Positions 51,901 through 64,000 of a DNA stretch of 64,000 nt are shown here, piece by piece. A program made the translations under genes and the position numbers. The stretch covers positions 12,710,001 through 12,774,000 of the forward strand of contig OZ249439.1 in NCBI GenBank assembly GCA_965235115.1. Reading direction: 5' to 3'. Numbering within the stretch: position 1 is the stretch's first letter; each line of letters starts with the position of its first letter. This stretch comes from Laetmonice hystrix. Lineage: Eukaryota. The notes under the pieces are model-generated. The model ran no database searches and had not been told where the DNA came from. It saw nothing but the letters and a program-made list of their open reading frames with translations.

Positions 51901-53729
51901 GTTCTCTCATATCACAGTACCAGGTCCCATAGGAAAGTTCTGGTCTAGCGGACATGATTCCTGCCGACCTCCACATACACAGAAAGACCACTTTCTTCGG
52001 TAACCCGACTTCTAGAACATGCGGGGTATACTACTAACATGCAATGTTACTGTTATCCAGAATATCGACTATTTATGAATACTGGAACCAGCCGCAAATC
52101 TGAGATAACGGAAATCTACATTTCAGTATTATCTATTTAAGTAAGTGCATAGGACTCTACCCATTTACCGGCCTTATAAATATTCACATCCTTGGACCGA
52201 AAATAACTAAGGATTTGTTTTTCCTGAGTTTTGGTCAATATCAGAAAATGTTATACATGTATGCCAACATAAGCATACACTACAGCTTTTGATTGAACTG
52301 GAGCATTGCAACCTTGGCCTTAGGATGGTTCCCTTAGGATAACCAACACATTTGTCTGAGAATTGCTAAAAGTAATGGAGTCAGAATTTCGACAAATTGT
52401 GGTATAGTATACCTATCCCTTTGGATGCTGCCCAGTTAGCATTCTATTTGTCTGAACTATGTTTGGAAATTAAACGTTCGGTTTTCTCTCGGTGGTCCAA
52501 CTTGTACGGTATAATCTACGCATTGCCCTTGTTTAATCAAGTCTGTAGGTGTCAACACGACGACCGGCCTTCCTGACTGAACCATGGCCATCCGGTTTGA
52601 GCTGCTCCATCACAGACCACCAGTACCCTGACGGCGGCCGGGGGAAACTATCAGTCTCCCACGGGGACGTGCCGCAATCACACCACCAACTGGCCGCCAG
52701 ATCGCCCGACGGCGCGGCCGCTCAGGACTTGTCGCAGCCAGCCAGGATGAAAAGGGTAAAAAAAGCCACATTTAAGGCTCTTATTCCATCCAGTCTCTTT
52801 CGGTCTGCCTGGCACTTAAGGTGATGTGATCGGAAAGCAAGCCGTGCTTGAGGTCCTGCCGGGAATGTCAATGGTTGGAACTCAAGGAGAAATCGATACT
52901 GGGAATGGCAGGTGGAGGCAAAAAGTACCCAAGCTGATCCCTTATCATTCTAACGGTTGGTAAAAACATCAATGGAGATTCAAATACCTCAAATATATAT
53001 TATTACAAAATAATCAACCTGAAAATCTTACACATAGAAAGAGGTCAGCCAACAATAAATCTAACCCCGGAATAAGGAAGCTTGGTTTGCTCCTTTTCCC
53101 AACATGAATACACTCCCTGCCCCAGATTGTATCCGTCAATAAAACCTTCCTTAAATACTAAACCAATACCACGAACTTCATGGATCACAGCCTTCACACA
53201 CTCGCTCAACCCTTCGATTCTTTGGAATTCCCATCCTCTGATCTATTTCTTCTGGTTTTGGTGCCTCCCTCTATGCTCAGTTCTAGGAGACCCTTGCAGT
53301 TTATCAGTGTGTGGGCTCAGCTGCAGGTTAATTTTACACGCTTCCCTCCCTTACTCTCCCAATTTATTTTCATAAATAACACTGATTTCTCGCCCCCTCC
53401 CCCCCCCTCCCCCCCGAACTCCGCAAACGCACCAGGACGTACTACTGCCCGGAAACTGGCCGCCTTTACTGCTTCCGTGGCATACACGTGTTGGCAGATA
53501 GACTTCATTCCTAGAATTCCAGGCACATCCCTCCAAGCCATTCCACCCGAAACGTAGCCAGCGGTTCCTGTATGTCATAACCGAACCAGTCGTTATTACC
53601 TGAACTCCACTGGAAAATATGGACCATCTCTGAGCAACGTCCTGCTGTATAGTTTATAACTGAGAATTTGAAAGTTTCTGAATATGATCCCAACTGAATA
53701 AACATTAAACACACCAGTCTTAGACTTAA

Positions 53730-54032
53730 AGGGAATAGAAAAGTTCAAACTATCAATATAAGGGTGTTCAGCATGAACAAGCTTGTTCTTACCTACAATT
53801 CTGTGATTATCTGATCTTTAATAAAGGAATAATCAACCGAAATGTAGAGACATTCTCCCGCTGGCTTCGTCCGTTTGTTTACCCTGTCTCACGTGGGAAA
53901 TAGCGAATGACCCGGGCGGTATTTTTAAAAAGTCGCCGTTGACAGTGTTCCACTTATCGGTGTGACCTTAGACACTTTATATGGTGCTACTGGTGTTCAA
54001 AGGTACGTTAGTGAGGAACTTTTCTATTCCCT
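53730..54032. mobile_element. Kolobok-like MITE with TTAA TSD
   Basis: Perfect 17-bp TIR agggaatagaaaagttc / gaacttttctattccct between TTAA at 53726-53729 and 54033-54036. TTAA TSD plus purine-purine termini is characteristic of Kolobok. Confidence 0.8.
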
Positions 54033-56630
54033 TTAATTCTAAATGCTGCAAGTCGTTACTGTTTTTCTTTTTCTAACTTCAGATTACCTAATTTGTTACA
54101 AACCACTAGCCGCTCTACTAAAGTAAAGGTAGAGTGCTCATGAAATCTCTTCGGAGCCTGCTGGATCAAATCCAGTAGCTACATGATAAACTCCTGTCCT
54201 TAGCTCCGAAATAACTACAGTTAGGTTGGGTTAATGCTCAATCATTACAACCAACATATCGAGACAAATAGTGGGAGCGACCGACGGGGGCCACTTAGTG
54301 CGTCAATCATGCGGTCGGACTGCCGGCTCAGGCCGCCTGACGCGCCGGAGGGCCGGCCCTGTTCGCGCCGAGGTGCTGGCCAATCATATTAACCACCCTT
54401 CATCTGCCATGGGCAATGTCTGCCTTCACAACAATGATGTCCATGTTTATTCATACAAACTGGGATTAAAGTCACGACCCTACAAACACCTAGTAACTTC
54501 AATCATAACCGTAGATCCATTCGCAGATTGAATGGTAATGTTTTGTGAGCGTCTTCAATCCTGCGAAAGTAGGATTGGTATGAAGTAGACTGAATCATCA
54601 GCACTACGAATCTTGACTGTACCAATCAGTCCTTCTATTTTTTAACCCTGTCGGTCCAGTTTCCACGCATAACACAACCACTCCATCACTATTAAGCAAA
54701 CAGTACAACTACCAGGTATTTATGACTCGCCTTGCATGCTGAAAACGATGGGTAGGATTACAGACACATATATCAAACTATAATGTTAGGAATGACTCCT
54801 TTTGGCACCGCCCTGGCATATGCATACTTTGCATGCACCTTGTTACAGCATAGCTCTACACTGCAATAACTACCCCTTTATGAAAAATGGTAAAATTAAC
54901 AGAATAGTATGCAGTGTATGCTGTGTATGCTGTACTGTATATGGTTTTTACCCCACCCGCTGGGTATAATAATAACTTGATTGAGTCCTTTTACGTTAAA
55001 AGAGCACTCCTAGGTCAAACTCCTTTACGGTAATTGAGTCCTAATATTGGGAGTCCGTCCTAATACTAAACTCCCCCATACTATAGTCATAGCCTTTCGT
55101 CTGATGCTCCGATTCCCAGACCTGTAGCTTTTTCCAGCACAAATCTGGAGACCTTGTTTATTCTAAACTGGAAACCTTGTGATCTTAGTGATGTGATTTA
55201 AGTCTAAGGCTGACCACACAAAACGTCACAAACTACATCTTACGTCTTCTCTCTCCCTCCATATTACATGAATTGGGCTTTCAGACATCCCTGAAACGCA
55301 GGACTCCCTGATGGGATATCTGTCCACCAACATCCTCCGGCAATCCACTATCCAAGGAACAATGTCCCTTGCATTACTCACTTGCTGGAGGAGAGCTCTG
55401 CTGCTATGGAGAAATAAACAAAAAGCCTCCTTGGGTGACACCCTTGTAAACATACCTATGGTGGGTTCAACGTCATCCACACCAATATATTCCCGGTATA
55501 CCGGTAGTCCTCCAACATATTCTATTTAGGACATCCACGTCGGCGTGACCTACTTCCTCAACAACCCACTGATTGTCATAGATGCTATATCACTGTACTT
55601 ATTAGAGGCAGGCATTATCATAAAAACTTTCTGCAAAGTCTGTGTTGTGTTTGCCCAGAACATTCTAATTTTACATCTGAAAGATGAGCCTTTCATGATA
55701 TGCTTTGTGACTTTTTTTAGGAAGCAGTTGTCAGCTACTGTTTCCCTTTGCTAATATAAAAAATTTATTATCTTAACAGTGACCCGATTACTGATTTGTT
55801 CAGGACTGAAACACAGTGATTGCCACTCAGGGTGTAAAACATTGATAAAGCTCCATAACCACTGCAGTGTTTGCTTGGAGTTGGACCTTTGTTCAATACT
55901 CTTGTCTCAAGTCAATCATCAGATTCTACTACATTGTACTAGTTAATATAACCTCAAATATATTTCTATCGTCTCCTGGAATTACTAATTAATGACTCAT
56001 TAATTCAGCCGTAATGAAAAAAAATAAACTCAATTATGTTAAAAACATGCAAAGACACTAGAAAGACGATGCTGAATGACATCTTTACAATACATGTATA
56101 GAAAATGGGTTCGTGTGTGTATGTGTGAGCTGCCAAGGGTGAACAGGCCAGTCACACACACACACCCGGCACCCATTGGGTCATGAACCCCCCACCCCCG
56201 ACCTCACCCCAACCCACATACATCCCATTTTGGGGCACAATGATCCATGCAGCTAAACGCAGGAGTCTGGCTGCCACTGGGTCACATATCCTGTTCTACT
56301 CTTTATCCCATTTTAACATTCCTTCTCACAAAAATTCGTCAGAAGGTGAATGAACTCGCTGATCGATTGAGGCTCTATAAAAGTACCCCTCTAAAAACAT
56401 GATAGTATGTGTTTTAGAGTCGGAAATGTGTCTAAACTTTCTAGACAGAGAATTCTCTTTAGGCGAATTTATCCATGATTCTTTTTTTTTATTACGTACC
56501 CGTCCACCACACAATATAATACAACGTCATTGCTTCAAGTATTTAAACGACTGTTTCTTGACTCTTTAAAATACAAGACTGGAGTTACACTGTAACACTG
56601 AGGTCGCTTCACATTTATTGGGCCTGCAGA

Positions 56631-56710
56631 GGGGGTTGTAAGTAACCAGTTACTTAGCCGAGGGGGTTGGAAGTAACCAGTTACTTAGCCCAAGGGGTTG
56701 TAAGTAACCA
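56631..56710. repeat. 31-bp repeat x2.6 with an internal palindrome
   Basis: Unit ggggttgtaagtaaccagttacttagccga contains aagtaac-ca-gttactt. Confidence 0.75.
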
Positions 56711-59345
56711 AAATTCATAAGGGATGTATACATCCCTGGTAGCTTCTGTTCTGCCTAGGGTCTCAAATTCCTTTCCTAGGACTAGATCCTGAAATCTGAC
56801 AGCTCAGCATGGTCTTGGCCATGGACAACCACGTCGAAACCAGGGTACAACTACATTACAATAACTTTGTATGGACTACCTCCTTGTTATCAAAAAAATC
56901 AAAGGCACCATAGACTACAGCTTAGGCAATCACATATATACCAAGTTAGCCATAGTAAATATGGTTCCATTTTGATCACTGACATGCTACATAGCTGGGG
57001 GTGTTATGATATGGTAATATGTCACAATACAATAACAACATCTGGGAGAAAATCTCACAACAATAATGTGTTACAATCTGAACACATTGGGCACCAAGGA
57101 GTTGGCATAAACAGGATCTGACTGTATGATGTGGGCATACAACATCAGCCTATATTGTGATGTTTTGGACACATCGTACCTTTTGTACACGTTATGCATG
57201 CACTATGATATTGTGTAAACTTTGTACTGGTGCACCAGTGAATCTAGTGAGTGAAAACAATGGCTAGCGTTAGGGACACATTCATCAAACCTCTGATTGA
57301 TTCTTTTTGGGATACACTATCAACAGGGACAACTAAAGTGAAACCAAGACCAGCATTGAAAGATCAACCAGAGATAGCATAAGTTAGCATATATGTTGAA
57401 ACTTCAACACACACCATACTACCACTGGCACTGATGTTTTACAATAATCTCTGTGGCTCTTCCTTATCCTGGTGTCATTTCCAAATTCCATGGACTAAAC
57501 TCCATTGTATTTATAACTGATCTGTCCATGACTATGAGTGATTAATAAGTCTTTATTTTTAATAGTGAGGGCAGCGAGCCACAAGGCAGCTTGCGAAGCG
57601 CTCGCCCTCTAGGTAGCACAGGCCTTCATCATATTATACAAATCAAATCATAAGTAGGCCTACCGTATCATCCTAAATATCTTTATGAAAGACTTTGAAC
57701 TTGTCGGCCTAATCACATTGCTATAAATTGCTAATAATTTTTCTATTGAAAAACACCCAATCCCTCCATTTACTGTTGACCTATGATGTGTGTTGGCACA
57801 GTTCATGACACCTTATAAGGCATGAATTCACACTATATCATAGTCAGTGTCAGTGACACCTAGATCGAGAGGCTCTATCCCACTCCGGTGCCCTCCGAGG
57901 GATAGAGTGCACTCCTATTCAATTCAATGTTAATTTTACTCGACCAAAATGGTCGAGTAGACTTCATCACCTTTGAGTACACTTTTCTTCCAAACCATTG
58001 AATGTCATGTGCTAAAACTTCACCCACACGTCCCTAAACACTACACCTTCAGTTTACAGCCTTTGCAGAGTTTAAATCCTTTGGATTTAACAGTAATCCA
58101 GCAGTTATTTGCCAGCCTTTCGCACGATGACCCAACTTTCCGATGCCATAATGGAACCGGAGGTCACGTGTGTGTATGCTAATCTGTGCTGATCTGTGCC
58201 AAAGGCTACCAACCGATCACTTCCGTCTAGATCTAGGTAGCCAGTCATTTCCTGCTAAATCGCACAATCTAAGTCATGGACGACGATATTTGTTGTGTTT
58301 GCTTTGCAAATGTTAGGACAACAGGTATTCGTGTCTTATCAAAGCTGAGACGAGAAAATATAACTGTAGAAGAGGTTCTGACAGGTTATGCCAGCAAACA
58401 GGAAGTGATCGACTAGTATAAACACCAGCGGCATCCGAAACAAAATGATGGACGTCGCTACGAACCGTTGTCGGTTCACTTTTTCTAGCTCTTGTAAGTG
58501 TGAGAATACAGTAAAATTTCGATCGAAACATATTGGAATTAACGCCGGGTGGCAGGTAGAAGGCATGTGAGGAGTCTGAGAACCAGACACTAAGTTTAAG
58601 TGTGTTGTTAGACGGGCTGAAATTTTCTCTATGGGAGTTTGTGATATCTGCACTCTGACTCTAAGTGGAACGCAGGGGAACGCAGAGGCAGAGTCTCTCG
58701 GACTAAGTGACACCAAGCATGTGTCCACTGACAAATGACAATGACATCATCATGATTGGGGGTGTGGCTGGGCAGACCCAACACTAAAATACACCTGCCT
58801 TTGCACAGTCATCATGCTCAGTCACACTGACATCGGTCATACTGTACCGTGTGGCACAGACGGTCACACGTCAGTTACGTTACAGACCACTTCACACAGC
58901 ACAGTTTTCCCCACCTCGTCCCAACTTACTACTTAGTACTTGTATACTTCAGCAGTTAGCCTTAGGTCGAGTTAGGACCACTAACTAACTAACTGTCTAG
59001 TTACACTGTCTATGTGGTACACCAGTCACACTACTCACTAGTCACTGTGATACACACAGTCACAGTGGAGACCAGACTAGCAGTAGCACGGGAATGCCAA
59101 GTGAAGTGAGTCTAAGGTAAAGCAATACCACTGTATCATTAGTCAACATACCATAGACGTTAATGGACTGTTTCGTTCACCCTTGGTTGTTTTAGGTTTT
59201 AATGTATTGATGACAAGATATTGGCCCTAACTCGGCTGGGCTGTCAGCCGACAGACCCCGACACTGCAGCCACCAGCCAGCTCCCCATCGGCCCATGTCA
59301 TGTCTGACAAACGTCACGACCAGCGACTGAGCTAGCTCCACTTAC

Positions 59346-59426
59346 CGACGGAAAAATTCGGCCCGGCTGCATCTTCTTCTCTGGTGGCGATTTCGTCAGC
59401 CATCCCTCACGTAACACCCCCTCCAT
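59346..59426 (-). CDS. GAB: GAB/DOS exon 1 (start of PH domain)
   Basis: MEGVLREGWLTKSPPEKKMQPGRIFPS, matching the GWLxKSPP signature of GAB1/DOS. Donor tcg|GTAAGT in phase 0 joins exon 2 (KWRKR) across a 43,629-nt intron. Confidence 0.9.
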
Positions 59427-59762
59427 GGCGTACCCGATTTCGTCCCTGAGAAGTTTAGATCGGAGTGAAAAGCATGGCATTAATACCGACTAAATGTGTT
59501 GGAAGACTTGAAAACTTTCTTCAACAGGAAGTCCTTACACGAATATGGCGGAGACATGGGGGGAGGGGGAGTGGGCTTCCACGTGACGTCATTACTAAAA
59601 CGTTTCAGTATAACGATCTCTGATTGGTTCATATTTTTACCTTCACGTATTTTGGCCAATCCGAACTATCGTTGCATCCCTATATTGAGGAAAACAAACA
59701 TGGCGGCACGGACAGAGAGATGAACAGGTGGTTCATCGACAACTTGGGCACAAAATCGTGGG
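59427..59762. promoter_or_regulatory. Bidirectional promoter region between GAB and the SOL/CAPN15-like gene
   Basis: 336 bp separate the divergent ATGs. Motifs: overlapping E-box/CRE CACGTGACGTCA 59580-59591, opposed CCAAT boxes 59623-59627 and 59656-59660, and YY1-type AACATGGCGGC 59697-59707. Confidence 0.7.
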
Positions 59763-60049
59763 ATGGGTTCAAATGCTTCAGTATTGCAGTGGAATTGCGA
59801 CAGATGTTCTCATATCAATCCCACAGAGCGCGGAGTATGCATGGAGTGTGGCAGTGATCGTGCGATTGCTAGAACGGCGGCGAGAAATGATGGCAACAGC
59901 GCCTTGACGGGATGCGGCCCGGGAGAGTCGGGGATGGAGGGACCCGCCCAGCCCAAGGAGGAGGCGGCTGCCGTCGGCGATGACAGCAATGATGGGCGGC
60001 CATCGACCGTGGTTAACGCCTTCTCATCATTACCCGAATGTATCGACAG
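59763..60049 (+). CDS. CAPN15: Small optic lobes / calpain-15-like protein, first coding exon (RanBP2-type zinc finger)
   Basis: MGSNASVLQWNCDRCSHINPTERGVCMECGS fits W-x-C-x2-C-x3-N-x6-C-x2-C and closely resembles the N-terminus of Drosophila Sol as I recall it. Strong donor ag|GTAAGC. The calpain domain is not in this window. Confidence 0.7.
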
Positions 60050-60682
60050 GTAAGCAGCTTCACAGCAGACCACAGATCATGCAGACTGCAGTGCAGATGA
60101 TGGTTCGCCGGAGTTTGGCGGATCGAGACGTGGTCTCACTAAGCTTGGCCGTGTTTTTGCCTAGCCTAGGCTTTGGCTATGGCTTAGGAGTTAGGCTTAC
60201 AAGTTACATGTAGGCCTACACATTATGTGACATAGTATCATAATCTTTAATCTAGGAGTAGGACGAGTCTAGGGCTCTGCCTACACTATGGCACTTGAGA
60301 GTCTTTAGGCTACTGTACCTAAAACAATGCTGCATAATTATGCATGATGTAGTCTAAGTGTAGGAATATACATTAATAAAGCTAAAGGTTGCCCATTTTG
60401 AGCTGAAGACATAATTATTATCATAATGATATAGCCAGTGGCATAACTACAAAATTTACCAAGGGGGAAAAGAGGTGAAATTTCCGTGAAAGCTGTAAAT
60501 GTTGATGAATATGTGATGAATGCAGAAAAGATAAAAAACAAAAACAAATTGCCTCTTAGACTTAGTTCTAATTATATCTAGAAAATTTGATTGCATTATT
60601 AGTAAAACGATATGCAATTAGGCTTTCTTGAGATGACATCTGAGCCAAAGTGTGAGATGAGACATGACTAAAAACCCAACGG

Positions 60683-61454
60683 CAGGGCTCGATCTTCCCA
60701 TTTTTTGCCACTAGCCAGCCGGGCTGGTGGCTGGCAAAAGTCACTAGCCCGTGACAGATTTCACTAGCCCGAACAGAAAAACTATAACTAAATGATCATG
60801 ATGCTATATCTATGTCATGACATTGCCAATCATGGCTCCACATGATGAGTTTTTGTTAGTTTTTTATTTGACCGGCAAATCTGCCCAAGGTCAATGGCGT
60901 CAAAAAACCGGAAGGTAATAAGTTAGGCTAGTCTATCATTCGTTTACCTCCCCCGGGTATTAAGCACAGTAACATGTAACTGTTGTACGTAAAGTTAATT
61001 TGCATACGTGGGTGAAAGCAAGCGTTGGCACAGCCTAAAAGCAAAGACAAAACTCTGCTAAAATCAATTTGCATACGTGAGCTTCCGCTAATCCAGCATC
61101 AGTTACCCTCCCCCGGCTGCCACAGAGTAACAGATACTCTGTGGTAGATAACAGGTTAATTTGCATACGGGAGTGAAAACAATTGCTGGCAAAGCCAATG
61201 CAAATGATGCAGGTCACCACAACCCACCAACCCTTTACAGCATCAATGAACTCTCTGCCATGGCGGTGCGACGGGCGACTCCACCTAAAGTAGGGGTGTC
61301 AGGTTGCGAGCTGCCTGCCATGGGGGGACATTCACGGGGGGAAAGGCTGCCAACTTCTACTCGCCAGCCGGGCGACTAGACTGGGATTTTTCAGTCGCCC
61401 GAGCCGACTTTTCACTCGCCACGGATCCCGGGCGAGTGCGAAGATCGAGCCCTG
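60683..61454. mobile_element. hAT-like non-autonomous element, 15-bp TIR, 6-bp TSD
   Basis: Perfect TIR cagggctcgatcttc / gaagatcgagccctg, flanked by caacgg on both sides (60677-60682, 61455-61460). Subterminal ctagcc/ctcgcc repeats. Confidence 0.85.
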
Positions 61455-63465
61455 CAACGGTGAGACTGAGAGTGAGACTGAGATGATCTTAGTCTCACCG
61501 AGGTGAGCTTGGGATGAGGTTTTCATCTCAAGCTCAACCAAAAAACCGGGCCTAGGACTCTCGGATTTTTAAGGTTAGTCACTTTAAAGTACATGAAGTC
61601 TCTTAAATGTGCACAATCCACAGATTGTTATAGGTCTATGAATATTCAGTATAAGATGGTACTAATTGTGGCCATGAAATGAAAGAACTAGTGTAATCTG
61701 AAGAGTAACTCTGTAATTCAGATCCACATGGTTCAGTGTAATTATCAAGAATTCAGGAATGCTTTAGTTTATACCAGAAATATGGTGTAAGCACAGCAAT
61801 AAGACATCTAATTTTTCATGTTTAACTGGCCAACTGAACCAAGTACAATGTACCTTCAGTGAATAACTGTCTGTGAAGACTTCCACCAGAGAGATACTGT
61901 ATTTTTTTCTTTTTTCATTGAAGGATTCACCCTCCACAGTATTACAGAACTGTCATGTATTGATAGAGCGTGTACCCATTTTTATTATTTTACTGGAACC
62001 TATTACACACGTTGGAAACGTTGTCAGAATGCTTTCCAGGATCTATGAGATGATACTGATAGAGTAAAAGTTTAGTGTTCAAATACGCCACTAGATGTCA
62101 CTAGAGTCACCTTGCATAGGAAAATTCATCCATAGACTGCAGCCACATACATGTTCTAACAGAGTGCAAGTTTATCATCAGAATCATGTTAAAAATGATA
62201 CTTTGGTTGAAAGGATTATTTTTTAAGTTATGTATTGTTAATGTTTAATATAGAATATTAACATACCGGGTACATAGAGATGACCAGATGTACAATATAA
62301 AAATGTCTAGAATCGTGGCTGCTGTAGATGTTGGAGTAACAGAATATATGTATATTGATTAGAAGAAGGAATAATAAATACTATGTACAATGATAAGTTC
62401 CAATAAAAGAATGCACAGTTGAGGAAATCGTTGCTTTAACCGAAGATTAATAACAACACTGTTTCCAGTGAAATCAGTGGCAATGCTCTGGCTGGAATTA
62501 GATTCATTGTACCCTAATTGTATATTAACATGAACGAAAGTAATTTTATTGTTAAACAAATATCAAAAAGAGAGATCTCATCGATTGCCTCTCTCTGGTT
62601 TTATGCTGTTTGCCGCTGCATTTAGTACATTACCGGAAGACAAAGTGTAAAGGATACTCTCTGTGTGAAGAATAACGATCCAAATGATACGTTGGTTGAT
62701 GAAATAGCTCCAAGACCACACTGGTGAATCATTAGAAATGAGATTGAGAGGAGCGGCAACCTAGAAAACTGATTGGGCACATTGGAGTGGATTGAGAAGA
62801 CACTCAGTGTGGTGGGGGATGCGCCATGAAGTGGTGTGGAGGCCCACAGGTGGTGCTCTGATAGCTGTGAATATTTCACACACGCTGTGTGGCCGACAGG
62901 GATGGTGAAGAGCATGCCCGCGCATGCAGCGATGAGGCACCTCGTTAATAATTGGGTCCCTGAAGGGGGGTCCCAAGACACAGACCACTCCAGCTCGTTT
63001 TTTCCTATTTGAAACAAAAAATGCATACAGATCCAGAGAATTGAGCCTTTTTGACGGTTCACTTTGAACCTCTTCTGAGTTTTTGCTGCCATTTAAACTG
63101 GATATCGATGCCAGTTCATAAAATGCTTTCCAGTTATGCAGACATTTAGACCCTGATGCCGACAATCGAAGCAGACTTAACGCCGAAACATGTGTAGTCT
63201 TTCATGTGTGTACATATAGTGCACATAGTTTGGAATTAAAAAAGTGGGTTCTACGGCAAATGGGACATCGTGTCAATCTCAGTCAGAACCAACTACTTGC
63301 ACTGTGCCAGTATTATGTAAAACGTAGGAATTAAAAACATGGAGTAAGACTTTCTATCGGTATTAAATTTTACACTACTCAAGCATTGCTGGTAGAAGGC
63401 AATAGATCAGATCTAATTTCTCACAAAAATTGGATGTCGCATCCACGACATGCCATATATGTTGG

Positions 63466-63697
63466 GTTTCCATAGCAACCCTTCATCAGGAGGAGGATGA
63501 CGGCAGTTGCCAGGCTGCTGGCAGAGACCTGTGTAATCCCATTGTGCCTTAACTTGTCATCAATCATTCAGGTGGAGTGAGGCGGGAGACTAGATAAGAT
63601 GCTCTGTGCTGGAATGTTTGGCTTACTGGTTCTCTCCTGGGAACTCTCTGATGGTGGCCGCTGACGTCATTACCACGTGACGCCCACGTTTGATTGG
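63466..63697. promoter_or_regulatory. Second promoter-like motif cluster in intron 1 of the SOL-like gene
   Basis: X-box GTTTCCATAGCAAC 63466-63479, CRE 63662-63669, E-box 63674-63679 and reverse CCAAT 63693-63697. Confidence 0.4.
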
Positions 63698-64000
63698 TTG
63701 AAATGGAGATGAAAGAAAGGTCTTGAAACTGAGCTTAGGCATTAAAGATACAAGGTGTATTTTATGGAAAGGTCTTAAAGTTAGCGCCATCTCATCTGTG
63801 AACGTCTTTCTGAGGCATTTCACAGTTTCACATTTTCTGTGGTTCGAAATGTCTTGTGGAGTTGTGGTATTGCCCAGTTAGTAGTTTTCTACCTTGGAAT
63901 AACTGGGTTTGCTTTTAAAGTCATGTTTGGGTTGCTTCCTTGGTAGATTTTAAGAAAGGGGTTTAAGAGAATGTCTCCATTTTCTCTGTGAACAAAGAAT

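Noticed and set aside
62622-63165. 156-aa and 134-aa minus-strand ORFs, or a second SOL exon on +
   Set aside because: No recognisable domain. The + acceptor near 62625 gives a stop after 7 codons in the phase required by SOL exon 1. Possibly a decayed TE coding remnant.
63460-63490. Hammerhead ribozyme core (CUGAUGA ... GAAA on -)
   Set aside because: No stem II can form between the two core motifs. The other CUGAUGA/CUGACGA sites checked also lacked the flanking helices.

Overview
AT-rich eukaryotic genomic DNA with spliceosomal introns and many MITEs and minisatellites. It is probably from an invertebrate bilaterian such as a mollusc or annelid; this is an inference from gene similarity and repeat style. 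Three protein-coding genes are supported. (1) A small PH-domain-only gene on + (CDS 3364-3879). (2) A complete 6-exon GAB/DOS docking-protein gene on - (CDS exons 59426-59346, 15716-15404, 15107-13491, 13152-13071, 12652-12475 and 12299-12018). All its splice phases join to give 2553 nt / 850 aa, and a 43.6-kb first intron splits the PH domain. (3) The first coding exon of a small-optic-lobes/calpain-15-like gene on + (59763-60049), head-to-head with GAB across a 336-bp gap with promoter motifs. The most unusual observations are these. A 33-bp tandem repeat multiplies the complete branch point + 3' splice site of GAB exon 5 seven times, and each of the six extra acceptors leads directly into an in-frame stop. 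Two 28-38 bp palindromic micro-elements each sit between 7-bp target-site duplications. Nine YxxM motifs cluster in GAB. A chain of phase-compatible exon-like segments inside GAB intron 1 may be a nested gene or pseudogene. No rRNA, tRNA, CRISPR array or autonomous transposon was seen.
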